The position numbers were made by a program, and so were the translations under genes. A stretch of DNA of 64,000 bases from Lobosporangium transversale (lineage: Eukaryota). The DNA lies in assembly GCF_002105155.1 (NCBI RefSeq), contig NW_019029003.1, positions 1 through 64,000 of the forward strand, in the 5' to 3' direction. Below are positions 12,585 to 25,003 of this stretch, piece after piece; the first letter of the stretch is position 1, and every line of letters starts with the position of its first letter. The notes under the pieces were generated by a model. It was not told the origin of the DNA. It was given only the letters and a program-made list of their open reading frames with translations, and did no database searches.

Positions 12585-15438
12585 ATGAGCACCCATACTT
12601 CACCCACTGGCACTCCCCCAAGGCTCCAGTCGACTACATTAGCTATTCCTACTAATGGTAGTCAGAATCCTGGTCCGCCTGCTGCTGCCGTCAATCCTCC
12701 ATCCTCGATGACCAACAATAATGCTAATGCCCAGCCTCAGCGAAACAACAATCGATACAACCCCCCAGTACCTCAAAGGATGAGCGGTACTTATTCTAAT
12801 AACAACATCCACCATGGAAACCTCGCCCCCAACCTCACGGGACGTCGTCTTGGAACTAGCAGTGCTTCAAGTTCGCCTCCAGGAACTCCACCTAATGGTC
12901 TGCGAGATTACTATTTGAGTGCAGCTCTTCATCGATCACATAACCGTTACTATGGACCTGGAGCTTACTCTGGATCAGCCACCAATTTGCAACGGCCCAA
13001 TCTTTCCATCCTTGTGCCCCCTCAGAATAGCAATATCTCCATTCCACAGGCGACCGTTGCACGGCGATCATATTCTGCAGGTCATCTCAGCACAGATGAA
13101 CCTGAGATCACAGTAACCACTCCTGGTGGTTCCAAAGCGACAGAGGAGCATGTTAAGACACTGGAAGATGCCCTCAACAACCTGATTGAGAAAGAGGGCA
13201 GAGCATCTGTAGAAAACGATGATGAGGAAGAAGACGATGATGAAACAGATGGTCCGATCATGATGAAGAGCTCTTCAAAATCGAAATCGACTTCAGCTCC
13301 CAGCACTGTGTCTAAGGGAAAGAAGGATGGCGTGCTACTTACACCGAAGGTCCTTGCCAATCGACTTGAGCCTGAAAGGACTGTTGAATCAGACCTCACC
13401 TTGAGTGATCCAGGATTGCCGGAAAAGGAAAAGAAGCAGCTCAAAGACAAGGATAAAGAAAAGGACAAACGCAAAAGTCACAGAATCTCTAGATTTTTTT
13501 ATCGTGAGCCAACAGCAACAACAGCTGTTCCAGAGGAGTATTTTACTTCCCGTCAACCTGCTCCTTCATCAATCCAGCCTTCCAAGACAGGTGTTTTGAG
13601 CAATCTTCTCAGGCTGCAAAGCGGTAGTCGTCAACACAAGGTAACAAATGGCTGTGATGGGAAAATGGAAAAACTGATTACAAAAATAGAGATCGTCGAA
13701 TTTCTCGGGTGTTCCTGTGCCGAAAAATTTATTTAGTCTATAATTCTGTCAATCATGTCACTAATCGTCATAATTGCATTAACAAAACTTCCGTTTTTCA
13801 TAGCACTATCGAGTATCCACTCCGCCCAAACAACACAAAGAAAAAAAGAAACGCACGCTATACTCACGTTCCGCCAATGCTTCTGTTACCTCACTTGCCC
13901 ACAAGAATATATTTGGTACATACCCACCTTTACCTGTAACCGCAAGCGCGATAGGTCTAGCCAACCTTGGAGCAGTCAACAATCGTAATGGCCACAATAA
14001 TAATATTTCAGCTATGAGACGCAGCTCTTCCCAACTGGAAAACGCGATTGCAGCAGCCTTTGCTCAAGGCCACTCTCCCATTCACTCTCCCAACGACTCG
14101 CCTCGTGATTCATTCTCATACGATAACACGGCTGTCGGTACAACTATCCACTCTTTATCCGATGAGGAAAAGATGCGCATTACCTTCGCTATGGCAGATA
14201 TCTTGCAGCGTCAGGATTATGTCCTTCGGTTAGCGAAGGCCATGATTCGATTTGGAGCGCCGTCACACCGACTCGAGAGTGCCATTGATCATACTGCTAG
14301 GACACTGGAGCTTAACTTGCAATGCATCTATATGCCCAATTTGATGATTATCGCCTTTACGGATTTCGAGACTCACACCTCCGAAACACATCTGCTCAAA
14401 ACCTCTGCAGGGCTTGATATGTACAAATTTGCGCAGGTTCATCAGGTTCTTAAGTTGGTGGCTCACTCATCCATACCTGTTGAAGAAGCTATCATGAAGC
14501 TGGATGCGATCAATGCAGAGCCGGATATTTGGCCAAGATGGGCCAATATTTTGTCCTACGCTTTGGCGTCCTTTTGCGCGGCATCGATGTTTTTCAAAGG
14601 AAACTGGATAGACGCCGGAGTAGCGTTTTTGATTGGGGGTCTTGTAGGATTAATGAGCTGGCTCTCAGAGAAAGTTCCCAGTTACTCTCACATCTGTGAA
14701 GTTACTATGTCTGTTCTAGTCGCCTTTATAGCTGAGGCTCTGCATGATCAAGTATGTAGAAGCGCTGTCAAGATGGCAGGGATTGTGATGTTGCTGCCGG
14801 GATATACCATCACGTGCTCGATTCTGGAACTCTGTTCACGTCAAATGATTTCCGGATCTGTGCGTCTGTTCTATGCCATCATCTTCTCATTACTCCTGGG
14901 ATATGGTCTGACGATTGGAGGTTCACTCTGGAATTTGATCGACCCCAGGAGTGTGCCTGCCGCAGTGACAGGAACATGTCCCGAGTCTTTGGATCCCAAA
15001 TGGAATATATTGTTTGTTCCAGTATTTGCACTGTCACTTAACGTTTGGCTGAAGGCTCACCCTCGCCAATGGATCTTGGCGACAGTATTTTCGATTATTG
15101 GATACATGGTCTCATACTCGACATCAACATGGGCCGGAGCAAAGACAGAAGTTTCGTCCGCATTAGCAGCATTTTCGATTGGATTTATGGGCAATGTCTA
15201 TCAACGAATCACCCACCAACTGACATTCCAAGCAGTCGTTTGTGCAGTCTTCTTCCTGGTTCCCGGAAGCATGGGTTTGAAGGGCGCCATGGCCTGGTTC
15301 ACAGATGATATGGCAGGAGGTGTTAATTTTGCTCTGCAGATGGTCATTACTGCTATTGCCATAAGCGTCGGGCTCTTTGCGTCAGCGTTGGTGGTTTATC
15401 CCATGGGCAAGGCGCGATCTGCGCAGATGACGTTTTGA
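12585..15438 (+). CDS. PRM10-like multi-pass membrane protein (ThrE/DUF1212 + DUF3815, putative threonine/serine exporter family)
   Basis: Exons 12585-13640 and 13804-15438 join in frame. A long disordered N-terminus is followed by ADILQRQDYVLRLAKAMIRFGAPSHRLE, LLPGYTITCSILEL...ISGSVRLFYAIIFSLLLGYG, FFLVPGSMG and about 10 hydrophobic segments. Confidence 0.9.
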
Positions 15439-16350
15439 AAAGCCATACTTGTAGATTTCCATAATATTCATAGACCTCAAGCACAAAGCAAGACCAACAC
15501 TTATACCCTATCTCCTACTTTTCACTTTCCACCACCTCAATAAATGATTTAGAGCTCACTCCCTTTTCATGCATACTATGATGTTGAGAAAAAAAATTGG
15601 CGTAAAGGTGCAAAGGTTTCAAAAATCACATTGCAAATGGCCAAAGGAAACAGAGTAAGGAATGAAGCAGATTTATACACAAGCACTTGTCTCGGATGGG
15701 TCTGTGCCAAAAAAAGGTCATCTGAAAGGTCAAAAGGTTAAGGGACATTTTTGGGGATGACAAGAGACAGTGATTTCTTGCTATACGTTACCAGAGAGAG
15801 GATGTGGAATTAAAGGTCCAAACAAAAAAAACTGGACCAACAGTAATATGATGGTTCTGTCATGGACTGGTTGCCTCTCTTTGTAATCTATACCCATCGG
15901 CGTTGTGCGATATCTCTCCACGAGTATACGAAGGACTTGTTACATGAACTGAATACATGTGTAGAGATTGCTATGTCGACAAACGGATTCCTAATTTAGT
16001 CCTTTTTTTTTTTTTTTCTTTTCCGTATTATTTTCCTTCTGGTCATCCCCCTTCAACTCTCCTTTTGACTTTGCTCGCAGATGACTAAGAACTACCAATC
16101 GATCCTCTTTCAGTAATTGCTCTTTCCCCACCAAAAAGACTCAAAAAAAAAAAAAAAAAAAAAAAAAAACAATAATATAAACATGCTAGGTCACATTCTT
16201 CTTTACTTTCTTTTTTCTGTCTTTACAAGGAGGAGAATAGGAAGTAAAGTAAGTAAGATAAAGCAAGTAAGGAGGAAGAGGAGTGACAAGGGCTAACACT
16301 ATTTGGCATTTCGGTTACGATCTGTTATAAACAAACCACAAGACCGCTTC

Positions 16351-16517
16351 AAATTTGTAAAAATATTCTGCTCTCCTTACTTCGTTCTCTTACTGCATGC
16401 TCAAAACGGACCGGATCGAGATAAGAAACCGCATGAACATAGCTATCTTAATGCTAAACAGTATCCCCAGTCCTAGAATCGATATCGTCACTCTTGGCTT
16501 CAATATGATCATTTATT
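16351..16517 (+). repeat. Left inverted repeat of the Tc1-like element (167 bp)
   Basis: Reverse complement of 17446-17612, with 9 mismatches by manual alignment. Confidence 0.95.
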
Positions 16518-17295
16518 TTCTTCTGTCAGGCCCACTGACCGCAAATATGCCTGGGTAGCCTTCGCAATGTGCTTACGATCGTTGTCATGTTGGAAGACAA
16601 ACCCGTCCTCTGCAATGCCCAATCTTGAACAGACCGCTGGAGATCTTTCCTTAGGATGCCGATGTACTTCTCTGAGTTCATGGTTTCCTCAATCCTACAT
16701 TTTCGGCCGGGTCCGTCCAATTCATACAGCCCATATCCCCTCCGTCACCAAACTTCACTGTTCCGCAAACAGTTCGCTCACCGATGGCTTCTTTTTGGTC
16801 ATCCTATGCCCAGTCTATCCCATCCGAGCAAATACGATTCATTTTGGGCCCATCGGACCAAACGATAGTCTTCCAGTCCTCTACAGTTCATTCTTGGTAT
16901 ATGTGAGCGAACTGGAGGCGCTTTCTTATGTGTTGCTTCTTGAGGAAAGGCCTCTTGACAGCCTTCCTTGCCTTCATACCAATCCTCCTAAGGCACCTCC
17001 TGATGGTGGGACTTGATACAGGGCTTGGAAGTAACTTGTTCGCTTCCTTTTGAGCGTCAATAGAAGACCCGAAAAGACCACACTTGAGCCTTAGCTTAAG
17101 ATGCTGAGCTATCTCGTCTCCAACCTTCCTTGGACGGTCCACTGGCTTTTTTACGATATCTTCCGCCACGTTTAGACGGATATTTGCCACAGAAGTATGA
17201 GAGATCCCGAGTCTTTCGCCAACCTGTCAGGGGAAAAGGCCTTGCTTGAGGAGAGCATTAGCTTCTCTGGCCTTGGGTCGAGCAACTGGCTTCAT
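16518..17295 (-). pseudogene. Tc1-like transposase pseudogene (HTH_Tnp_Tc3_2 + partial DDE)
   Basis: ATG at 17295 reads MKPVARPK...FP*QVGERLGISHTSV...TIRRCLRRIGMKARKAVKRPFLKKQHIRKRLQFAHIYQE*TVEDWKTIVWSD. After frameshifts it continues IEETMNSEKYIGIL and FVFQHDNDRKH. Stops lie at 17227-17229 and 16888-16890. The third catalytic residue region (SPDLNPIE-type) is missing. Confidence 0.9.
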
Positions 17296-17445
17296 ATTCG
17301 TGTGAATGAGCGTTCAGGGGATAGAACAGTGATAATAATAATAAAAACACAGAAACTTTGGTATTTTATGAAGAAACTGACCATAGAGAGGAAGTTCTGG
17401 CATTTCCAGGAAGTACCTTCATAGTTATAAAAGTGAACTGATATC

Positions 17446-17612
17446 AATAAATCATCATGTTGAAGCCAAGAGTGACGATATCGATTCTAGGGCTGGGGAT
17501 ACTGTTTAGTATTAAGATAGCTATGTTCATACGATTTTTTATCTCGATCTGGTCCGTTTTGAGCATGCAGCAAGAGAACGAAGTAAGGAGAGCAGAATAT
17601 TTTTACAAATTT
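17446..17612 (-). repeat. Right inverted repeat of the Tc1-like element (167 bp, extends to the ACTG-TA end at 17625)
   Basis: Reverse complement of 16351-16517. Confidence 0.95.
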
Positions 17613-17903
17613 AATGGTTACTGTATAACCAAGTTCTTTGTAAGCTTGTCTATTCTCTCTGGCAAGGGGCGAGCTTGTTATCTTTTTTGTATACATGTAT
17701 CCTGGTCTTTGGTAGTCTTCCTTTTTTCATTCTTCTAGCTCCCGATACCTTTTAAAAGAGCCATTTATCTACCTACCAGTGGGCTTTTCCTTTTTCCCCT
17801 TTTCTCCTTTCATTGCAAGGATTTCTCACCAACTTCCCTCTTTTGGGCATATATCGGTTCATTTTTTTTTTTTTGTACCAGATTTCTCACCAGAAGGAAA
17901 AAA

Positions 17904-20020
17904 ATGCATTTATCACCAACTCTGGCGCTGTCTACAGCCCTTTTCTTGATTGCAACATCCTCAAAGCAACATACTGGGTCTGTGGCGGTAGTGGATGCTC
18001 AAGTGTCAGTCCCTGGGAGGTTCCATGCAAATTATGCCGGCTCTGCCTATAGTAAAAATCTCTTTCATCTCCCATATTTGATGGCCAAATACCCCAAATT
18101 TGTAGACCATCAGAAGGTTCAAGGCGCACCTCCGGTGCTGCAGTTACCCCATTTGGACAATGCACAACTCTTAAGCGATGAAGAAGCAGCCAAGCAACAA
18201 CTAATCGATCAAGGCCGCGACTCTGATGGTGCATACCAATTCGGAAAAGCAATTGCGGTCGAATCCTTCGATACAGAATCAACACTATCTAAAGGCCGCT
18301 GGATTCCGCTCAAGGTACTTAAACAACAACAGCAGTTTTCATCGTCACCCGAGCCTCCGTGGTCACAAAACCATGACCATGAAGGTGGTAACTATGACGA
18401 TGTGATCGTCTGGCAACTCGAGATTCATTCGAAATCCGCATTGTCATTGAATTTGATCTTCTCCGAGTTCCGCTTACCATCTGGTACTGAATTCTATGTC
18501 TCCGGCAAGAAACATATCCTGGGGGCATTCACAGCCGAGGTTAACAACAAGCCTGACGGGGTGTTTGCGACCGCGCCGGTCGCAGGCGACAAATTATTAC
18601 TAGAATACTACACACCGAAGCATCTTCTGATGCAAAAGAATATGGTACCACAGATTCAGTTAAGCCATGTGGTCCACGGATACAAGTACACACTCCTAGC
18701 CTCGTCTTCCGATATGACCTCCAAGGGCTTCCGACAGAGGGATGGATCTATCCTTTCGAGATATCAAATGAGTCGTCGCATCAAAGAGATGGATGGAGTT
18801 GCTGGTGATATAAAAAGGAAAGGGTTCAAAGACCAGTCTTCTTCATTAACGATAGAGACGATGATGAAGCAAGCCTTCAAGTCTTCACTCATCAACAACA
18901 TTAATGATGATGAAGAAATGCCACCAATTCAGGCCATGTCTGGCAAGTGTAATATCGATATAGCATGCCATTTAGATGAGTATTACAATCAGAGTCGTAG
19001 CGTAGGTGTCATAGTGACCGACTACAATCAAAAGTACTGCACAGGCGCCCTGATTAACAACGTTCGTCAAGATGGTCGACAGCTCTTTCTGACTGTAAGC
19101 GAAAGAAGAAGAAAGCAAAAAAAAAGTTAAGATCAAGAGTATATCATTTCTTATTTTTGTCTCTTCTTACTGCTGTTTTTCTCATCATTTAGGCTAACCA
19201 CTGCGCCGGGTTTTCTAATACCTCTGCTCATCTGGTCATGTTCAATCATCAAAAAGTCCATTGTGGAGGAGGGCCAGAAGTCGTGAATGAGCACGACACT
19301 GCCACGGGTCTTGTCAAGCTCGGAAACTATGCTCCAAGTGATTATATCTTGTACGAAATTGTCGAACACATCCCTGATGCGTACGACTTGTACCTTGCAG
19401 GATGGTCTGCGCTTCCAGAGGCTCCCTCAGCCCGTCCGCGCGATCATCTTTCCTCTGCTCCACTAAAATCCCCTTGGAGAAACCCCCGCAATCACCTCAG
19501 GGCTAATCATAAAGGTTGCATAGGGGATCGCCGGAATGATACTGTTCTTGGATCCAGACCCATGCCAACATCAACCTCAGAGCCGGGAGACCCCTCATTG
19601 GAGCGGTTGCCCATCGTTGGTATCCACCACCCTTCAGGCGATTCCAAAAAAATATCCTTCTTCTTTAATGGAACACTTCCTAAAGCCTGTTGGTCTGAGT
19701 GTGACCTTGATGATAAGAAACAATACCATTGGCAGATCCCTAAATGGAGCTTGGGCACAACGGAGCCGGGGTCAAGTGGTTCCCCTTTATTTGATGCTAA
19801 CGGGCGAATTGTAGGTCAATTACACGGTGGAGCTGCCAGTTGTTTCAACAGGAACGGGTATGATGTGTATGGAGCCATTACGGATTCGTTCAGAACATCT
19901 CCAAGGATCCAAGACCGACTAGCAACTTATTTGGACCCTGATAGTACAGGAAGAGAATCTATGAATGGATATAGCCTAGCAAGTGCTAGGCATGAAGCCC
20001 ATAAGCGCCAACTACGATGA
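17904..20020 (+). CDS. Secreted trypsin-fold serine protease, bacterial lysyl endopeptidase (Achromobacter protease I)-like prepro-enzyme, about 672 aa
   Basis: Exons 17904-19094 and 19193-20020. Hydrophobic N-terminus, then a prodomain (WQLEIHSKSALSLNLIFSEFRLPSG, GAFTAEVN). The mature-like region has SGKCNIDIAC, CTGALINN, FLT|ANHC (His), SDYILYE (Asp), GIHHPSGDSKKIS, TTEPGSSGSPLFD (Ser) and IVGQLHGGAASC. Confidence 0.9.
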
Positions 20021-20398
20021 AGAAAGAGAATGAAGGGGATGAAGATGTAAAGAAACCAGAGCTCATAAGCTTTGAGCCTGGGGCCAAGTAAGCCTAGAGA
20101 GATCTTTGATTGATCTAGCAGAATAGGGCAACAAGTCGACATAGCGCGAGGAAGAAGAGGCAACTGTACTAATAATTATCAAGGTCAATTTGAACAATGT
20201 CCAATACTCTCAGTAAGATCCGGTAAAAATTGAAATAGCTATTCATGTAAAAAGTAAAATAAATTTTCCTTTTTTTTTGTTATTATTATAATTTATTTTT
20301 TATTTATTTCTATAAAGATTTGTATTCACAAGCTATGCAAGGGTGGAAGAATGGTAATGTATCCACTGCTTCTTTATGATGATATAAAACTAATGACC

Positions 20399-21370
20399 TT
20401 ATTCACTTTTACTGTCCTTAAACTCTGCCTCTTTAGCCAACTTTGCAAATTTTTTTGTCTTTGCATTCCGCAAATTCATCTGAGCTGTCTCTAGGCCATT
20501 ATTGACAGCAGCTTGATATGCGCTAATTGCAGTATCTAAATCACCAGTGTTCTCACTGATAACCGCTAGATTGAACTAATTTTTGTCATCAAAAAAAAAA
20601 AAAAAAAAAAAAAATCAGTAACAAGTTGAAAGTTGAAAAAAAGCTGACACCTTGTTCTTTTTAACGATGTGGTAAAAAAAAAAATTCTAACCTGGATTTC
20701 CGCATCCTGAGGTGTAATATTAGCAGCGGCCTTGAGATGGTTCAAAGCCTCCTTCATATTTCCATTAAGCTTGATATGAGCGGTTGCAATATTAGTATGG
20801 ACATCCGCGTGATGAGGTGCGAGCTTCAAGGATTCTTGGAATGAATTGATTGAAGATTGGAAATCCCCCAGTTGGAAATAGCAAACACCCATATTGTAAT
20901 ATGCTCCCGCTAACGTAGTAGCAAAAAAATAAAAAATAAAATAAAAAATTAATGTTTGTCCGATCTGTATTGCATACAAAAAAAACGGCTCCTTTTCATT
21001 GTTACCAACCTGTGGGATGTTCATTGATACTCTTCTGAAATGAACTCATGGCAAGTGGAAGCATGTTGTTACTTTGGAACTCGACGCCTTCTTCCATGTA
21101 TTGTTGAGCCTTATCCAAAGAGGGATCACCAGTTTTTGAAAAATCTGAGAATGATAATGAAGTAGCAAATCCTTTCCTATCCTGGTGATCCTTTCTGTGG
21201 ATTGTGTTCATGCTTGTGGTAATACTGCTGCCTTTCCTGACTAGTAAAACAAACGAGCGAGTATTACTCCTAACAGTAGCATTAAACTGCTGTTGCTGAT
21301 GAGCAACGACAGTTCTCCTGAAATTAGCAGACAAAACACTACGGACAATTGTATTCCTGGATGCAAACAT
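20399..21370 (-). CDS. Small TPR-repeat protein with a mitochondrial-type presequence
   Basis: Exons 21370-21010, 20909-20692 and 20575-20399. The N-terminus is Arg/Ser-rich and acid-free (MFASRNTIVRSVLSANFRR). TPR motifs: AYYNMGVCYFQLGDFQSSINSFQESLKLAP, DVHTNIA, DAEIQFNLAVISENTGDLDTAISAYQAA. Confidence 0.85.
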
Positions 21371-21630
21371 GATTGATGTTGATGAGTTTTTTTTTTTTCC
21401 TGTAGTTGAGCCGATGCAGAATGAATAAGACTTGATCTGTTTCTGTTGAAGTTCTTTATGAGCGATCTAAGTGGCTTAAGATCGAATCCTACCCTAAACT
21501 TTTCAATTGTAGACTCGCACGCGTTTTCTGTGGTGATACAAGGATCAAATAAACAAATTATGCTATTGTATTCTTAAATAAGGGACCCTAAACACGCTTT
21601 TTTTAAAATAAGTGGTGAAAATCACTGTTC

Positions 21631-22312
21631 CTAGCGGAAGGCAGAGCAACGATCTAAATGGGCCTCGGGTGCACCAACAACGACCCAACTACGAATGGTG
21701 ATAAACAATGTAAAGATCATAGCTGCTACTCCAAAGATTCCTAATGCAATATCAATTGCTTTTTCCTTCATAGTCTTTGCACAAGCTTTGTAGTGGAACA
21801 AGGCGGGAAAGATGAAGCAAAGGGGCATACATGCCACACTTCCGATAAACGCTACAAACTTGTCCAAGTTGGAACTACCGATTACCAACGAGATCACAGC
21901 GCATATACAGATCAGCACAGTCCGGAGCGCATTCTTGTACATTTTGACCTTAAAGAACTCGGCACCAGACTTTTCCCCAAAGATGCCAAATTCAATGATC
22001 TTGGACGCAGGTGTTAACATCAAAGGCACAGATAAAATGATGGCGAGTGAATATAGGATCTCGACAGTAATAGTCATCCCACCTTGAATTGGTAAGTTTA
22101 ACAGGACAACCGTCTGGACGTTACTTCCAAAGGCCGCATAGCAGAGTGCACCTACACTTCCAAAGATCAAGGCTACTACTGTCATGGTCATCGCAAGAAC
22201 CCGAGGGAATTTTTCAGGCTCCGCCATGGATTCAGTGATAGGGATAACTTTGTAATAGTTGTAAAAAATAAAGATAAAAAGTCGATAAGGACAAGTATCC
22301 TTCTCTATTAGA

Positions 22313-22345
<33 letters not shown>

Positions 22346-23718
22346 ATCACAGAATTACTTACTTAAGCCAATCCCCTCAAAAGAAAAGACAGCAGTTCCA
22401 ATAAGCAGCGCAAAATCATTTTGATTGAACAGTGCGACATTAGGCCCTGCGCCATTATGGACCAACTCGTTGATCGAGTAATACCACAAGTATATGATAC
22501 CAAAAATGATAAACACATTGGCGAACATGCTAGGCAATGACAGGACGGCCATACGACGGATCAGGACCAAAGGAATCAAGGCAACCAAGGGGAAGAGAAC
22601 GTAATACTTCTCTTGAACGATATGATCGGCTTGACACTTCGAAAATGTCTGTACCACTGCAAATAGGTTTTGAGAGATGAAGATCAGGTATGCACAGACG
22701 AACCCAATCTGAGAGATGGCCACGGACAACAGCACTGCTAACCGCATGTACTTGCCAAATAGCACCAATCCCATATTCTGAAAATTCTCACGAACTATCA
22801 ATCGAACTCTCACCAACAACAGGAAGGCAATGCAGCAGATGAAAGCTACTGCTATCATCATGAAGCAAGAAAACAGGATACCTAAAAAAAAAAAAATAAA
22901 AATAAAAATAAAAAAAAAAAAAAAAAAAAGTAAACAAGAAGCGTTAGTTACCCTTTCTTCTTCCTCAAAGACCTTGTATTTTTTCCTTTCCTACCTCCAT
23001 TCATGAATGCTCTAGGCAAGAAGAGCACTCCAGTACCAACAAATGCCTTTCCAAGCAGCAAACTAGCTTTTGTGGCTGATACAGTTCCTCGAGGTACATC
23101 TTGTTCATCCATCCTACCGCTATGCGCACGGATCAACACTCCATCTGCTGGTTGTGATAATGGTGTTAATGATCCTGAAGGTGATCGCTCCTCATTCTTA
23201 TCCAGATATGGGCGTCCATCAATTATATTGCCACCACTAATATTCTTAGCATGGGATGGCTGGCAGGAGAGTCGACCCTTTTCCACGGCTGAAGAAATAT
23301 CTTCATCTACAGCCACCGACGAAGTTCGACGAGAACGAGATCCTCCATAATTATCATACATAGATGTGTATTCCGAGTTGGCATGAACTAACCATGATAC
23401 TGGACGAGAATGAGAGTTAGATCGGGAGCTGGGCTTTGGGCGGGAACGTGACGTGGCTCTGGAATTCGGATTGGACTTGGACTTAGGGCCATTGTAGTCT
23501 TGATGAGAAAAGAAGGCAGTACGACCACGTTGCCGCTGTTGTTCGGAGAGGCCGGTGGCGACATGGGATGCTAAATTCCTGTCAGAGCCGGGAGAAGGAC
23601 TAATGCGGACATGGGTTTGTGGAGGCACATGTGGTGAGGCCATAAAATGTGGTTCATCGTTACTGTGTTGATATTGGTATAGAGACTGTTGCTGCTGTTC
23701 TTGTTTTTGCTCGCTCAT
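21631..23718 (-). CDS. Amino acid/auxin permease (Aa_trans) transporter, vacuolar AVT3/AVT4-like
   Basis: Exons 23718-22995, 22881-22363 and 22247-21631. Motifs KASLLLGKAFVGTGVLFLPRAFMNGG, SQIGFVCAYLIF, IGTAVFSFEGIGLIIPITESM, LDKFVAFIGSVACMPLCFIFPALFHYKA. Confidence 0.93.
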
Positions 23719-24151
23719 GGTAGTAAAATAAATAACGTTCCACGAACAAGAATGACAACGAAGGAAAGAAGGAAGGAAGTAAATAAGGCGAAATAAGCAG
23801 GAAAGAGACGGAGGAATGAAGAGAAAATTATGGTACTAATGGAGTATTAAACAGCCAAAGAAAGGAAAGAATTGTGAAGGTGAAGGAAGGGTGGGTGGAG
23901 AGGATTTTTATATACATGAAGAGACGATTCTCGACATGATCAATCTACACTGTCAAAAAGCGTCATGCAGGACAAAATAATGATGATGACAGCATCCAAA
24001 CCAATGCTTGCGGTTAATAGGGTTTCTTACACAATAATAAGCTTCCTTGGTGGATCCGTCATGTCTAGGAATATAAAGCTCCGACTGAGATCGAGAGTGT
24101 GCCAGAACAGAAATGAATACTGGATATATTTCGATATCGACGAGAACATTG

Positions 24152-24185
<34 letters not shown>

Positions 24186-25003
24186 GACCCTTTTTTATGC
24201 ATTTAGTCGTAAAAGGGATGTCTCCAAGACTTCTGCTGTGCGCCAAAGTGATCACCTCCAGATTGTTTGTAAAGCAAATGCTGGTTACTTCTACCCTGCA
24301 GTCTCCTTTGGCAATTGGTTCAACTCTGTTCATACATAAACTTCCATCGGTCACATTCGAACCAGGCCAGGGAGTTGAAACCTACCCTCTCCGCTCATTA
24401 AATAGGTGTTAAACACGACAACTAGAGCCGAGGTCGTTATTGTCAATGAATCTTTGTTTGAATTTTCCGCAAATAAGAAAAGAGTAGATTGAGGGAGACT
24501 TCATTTCATTAAATAAGAAAGAAAAAAAAAAAAAAAAAAAAAAAAAAAAGATGCATTACGTAGGTTGCCGTTGACATTGAAATATTGAAAGGCACAACTG
24601 CGAGAGGACTTGGGTAAGTTACATCATCAAAGAGAATCAAGTGTTCCCACACCCTCCATGTCCCTGAGAAAAAATGAATAGCCAATCATCATGGTGGGTT
24701 AATCTAATATCACCTTACTTTACAGTACGTATTATTAAAATCATGAGTTGATTATATGCTGATCAGATTAGCCATTGGTGCGTAAAGACGATGCCATTCC
24801 ATGTGTTAATTGATAAAAAAAATTAAAGGGTCAATAGAGTAAATGTTCCAGACATTCATATGCCACACTCGATAAAATTGCGGTCCATGCGCCTCTCCGA
24901 ACGTGTTCTTGGGATTTTCCGGCTCGCATAAAGCAACTGCGCGTGGTTGCACTTTTTTTTTTGTCGTCTCATTCATTTCTTTTGTTCATTTCAGCCATTC
25001 ACA

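Larger units (their letters stand above)
16340..17625 (-). mobile_element. Degenerate Tc1/mariner (IS630-Tc1-mariner) DNA transposon, about 1.28 kb, non-autonomous
   Basis: A disrupted transposase is flanked by 167-bp inverted repeats. The right end is ...ACTG|TA (17620-17625), the typical Tc1 terminus plus TA target. The left terminus is eroded, so its coordinate is approximate. Confidence 0.9.

Noticed and set aside
23719..25003. Divergent AVT3-like/AAT2 pair as a co-regulated amino acid cluster
   Set aside because: Adjacency only; I did not find a Gcn4-type TGACTC/TGAGTCA site in the shared interval.
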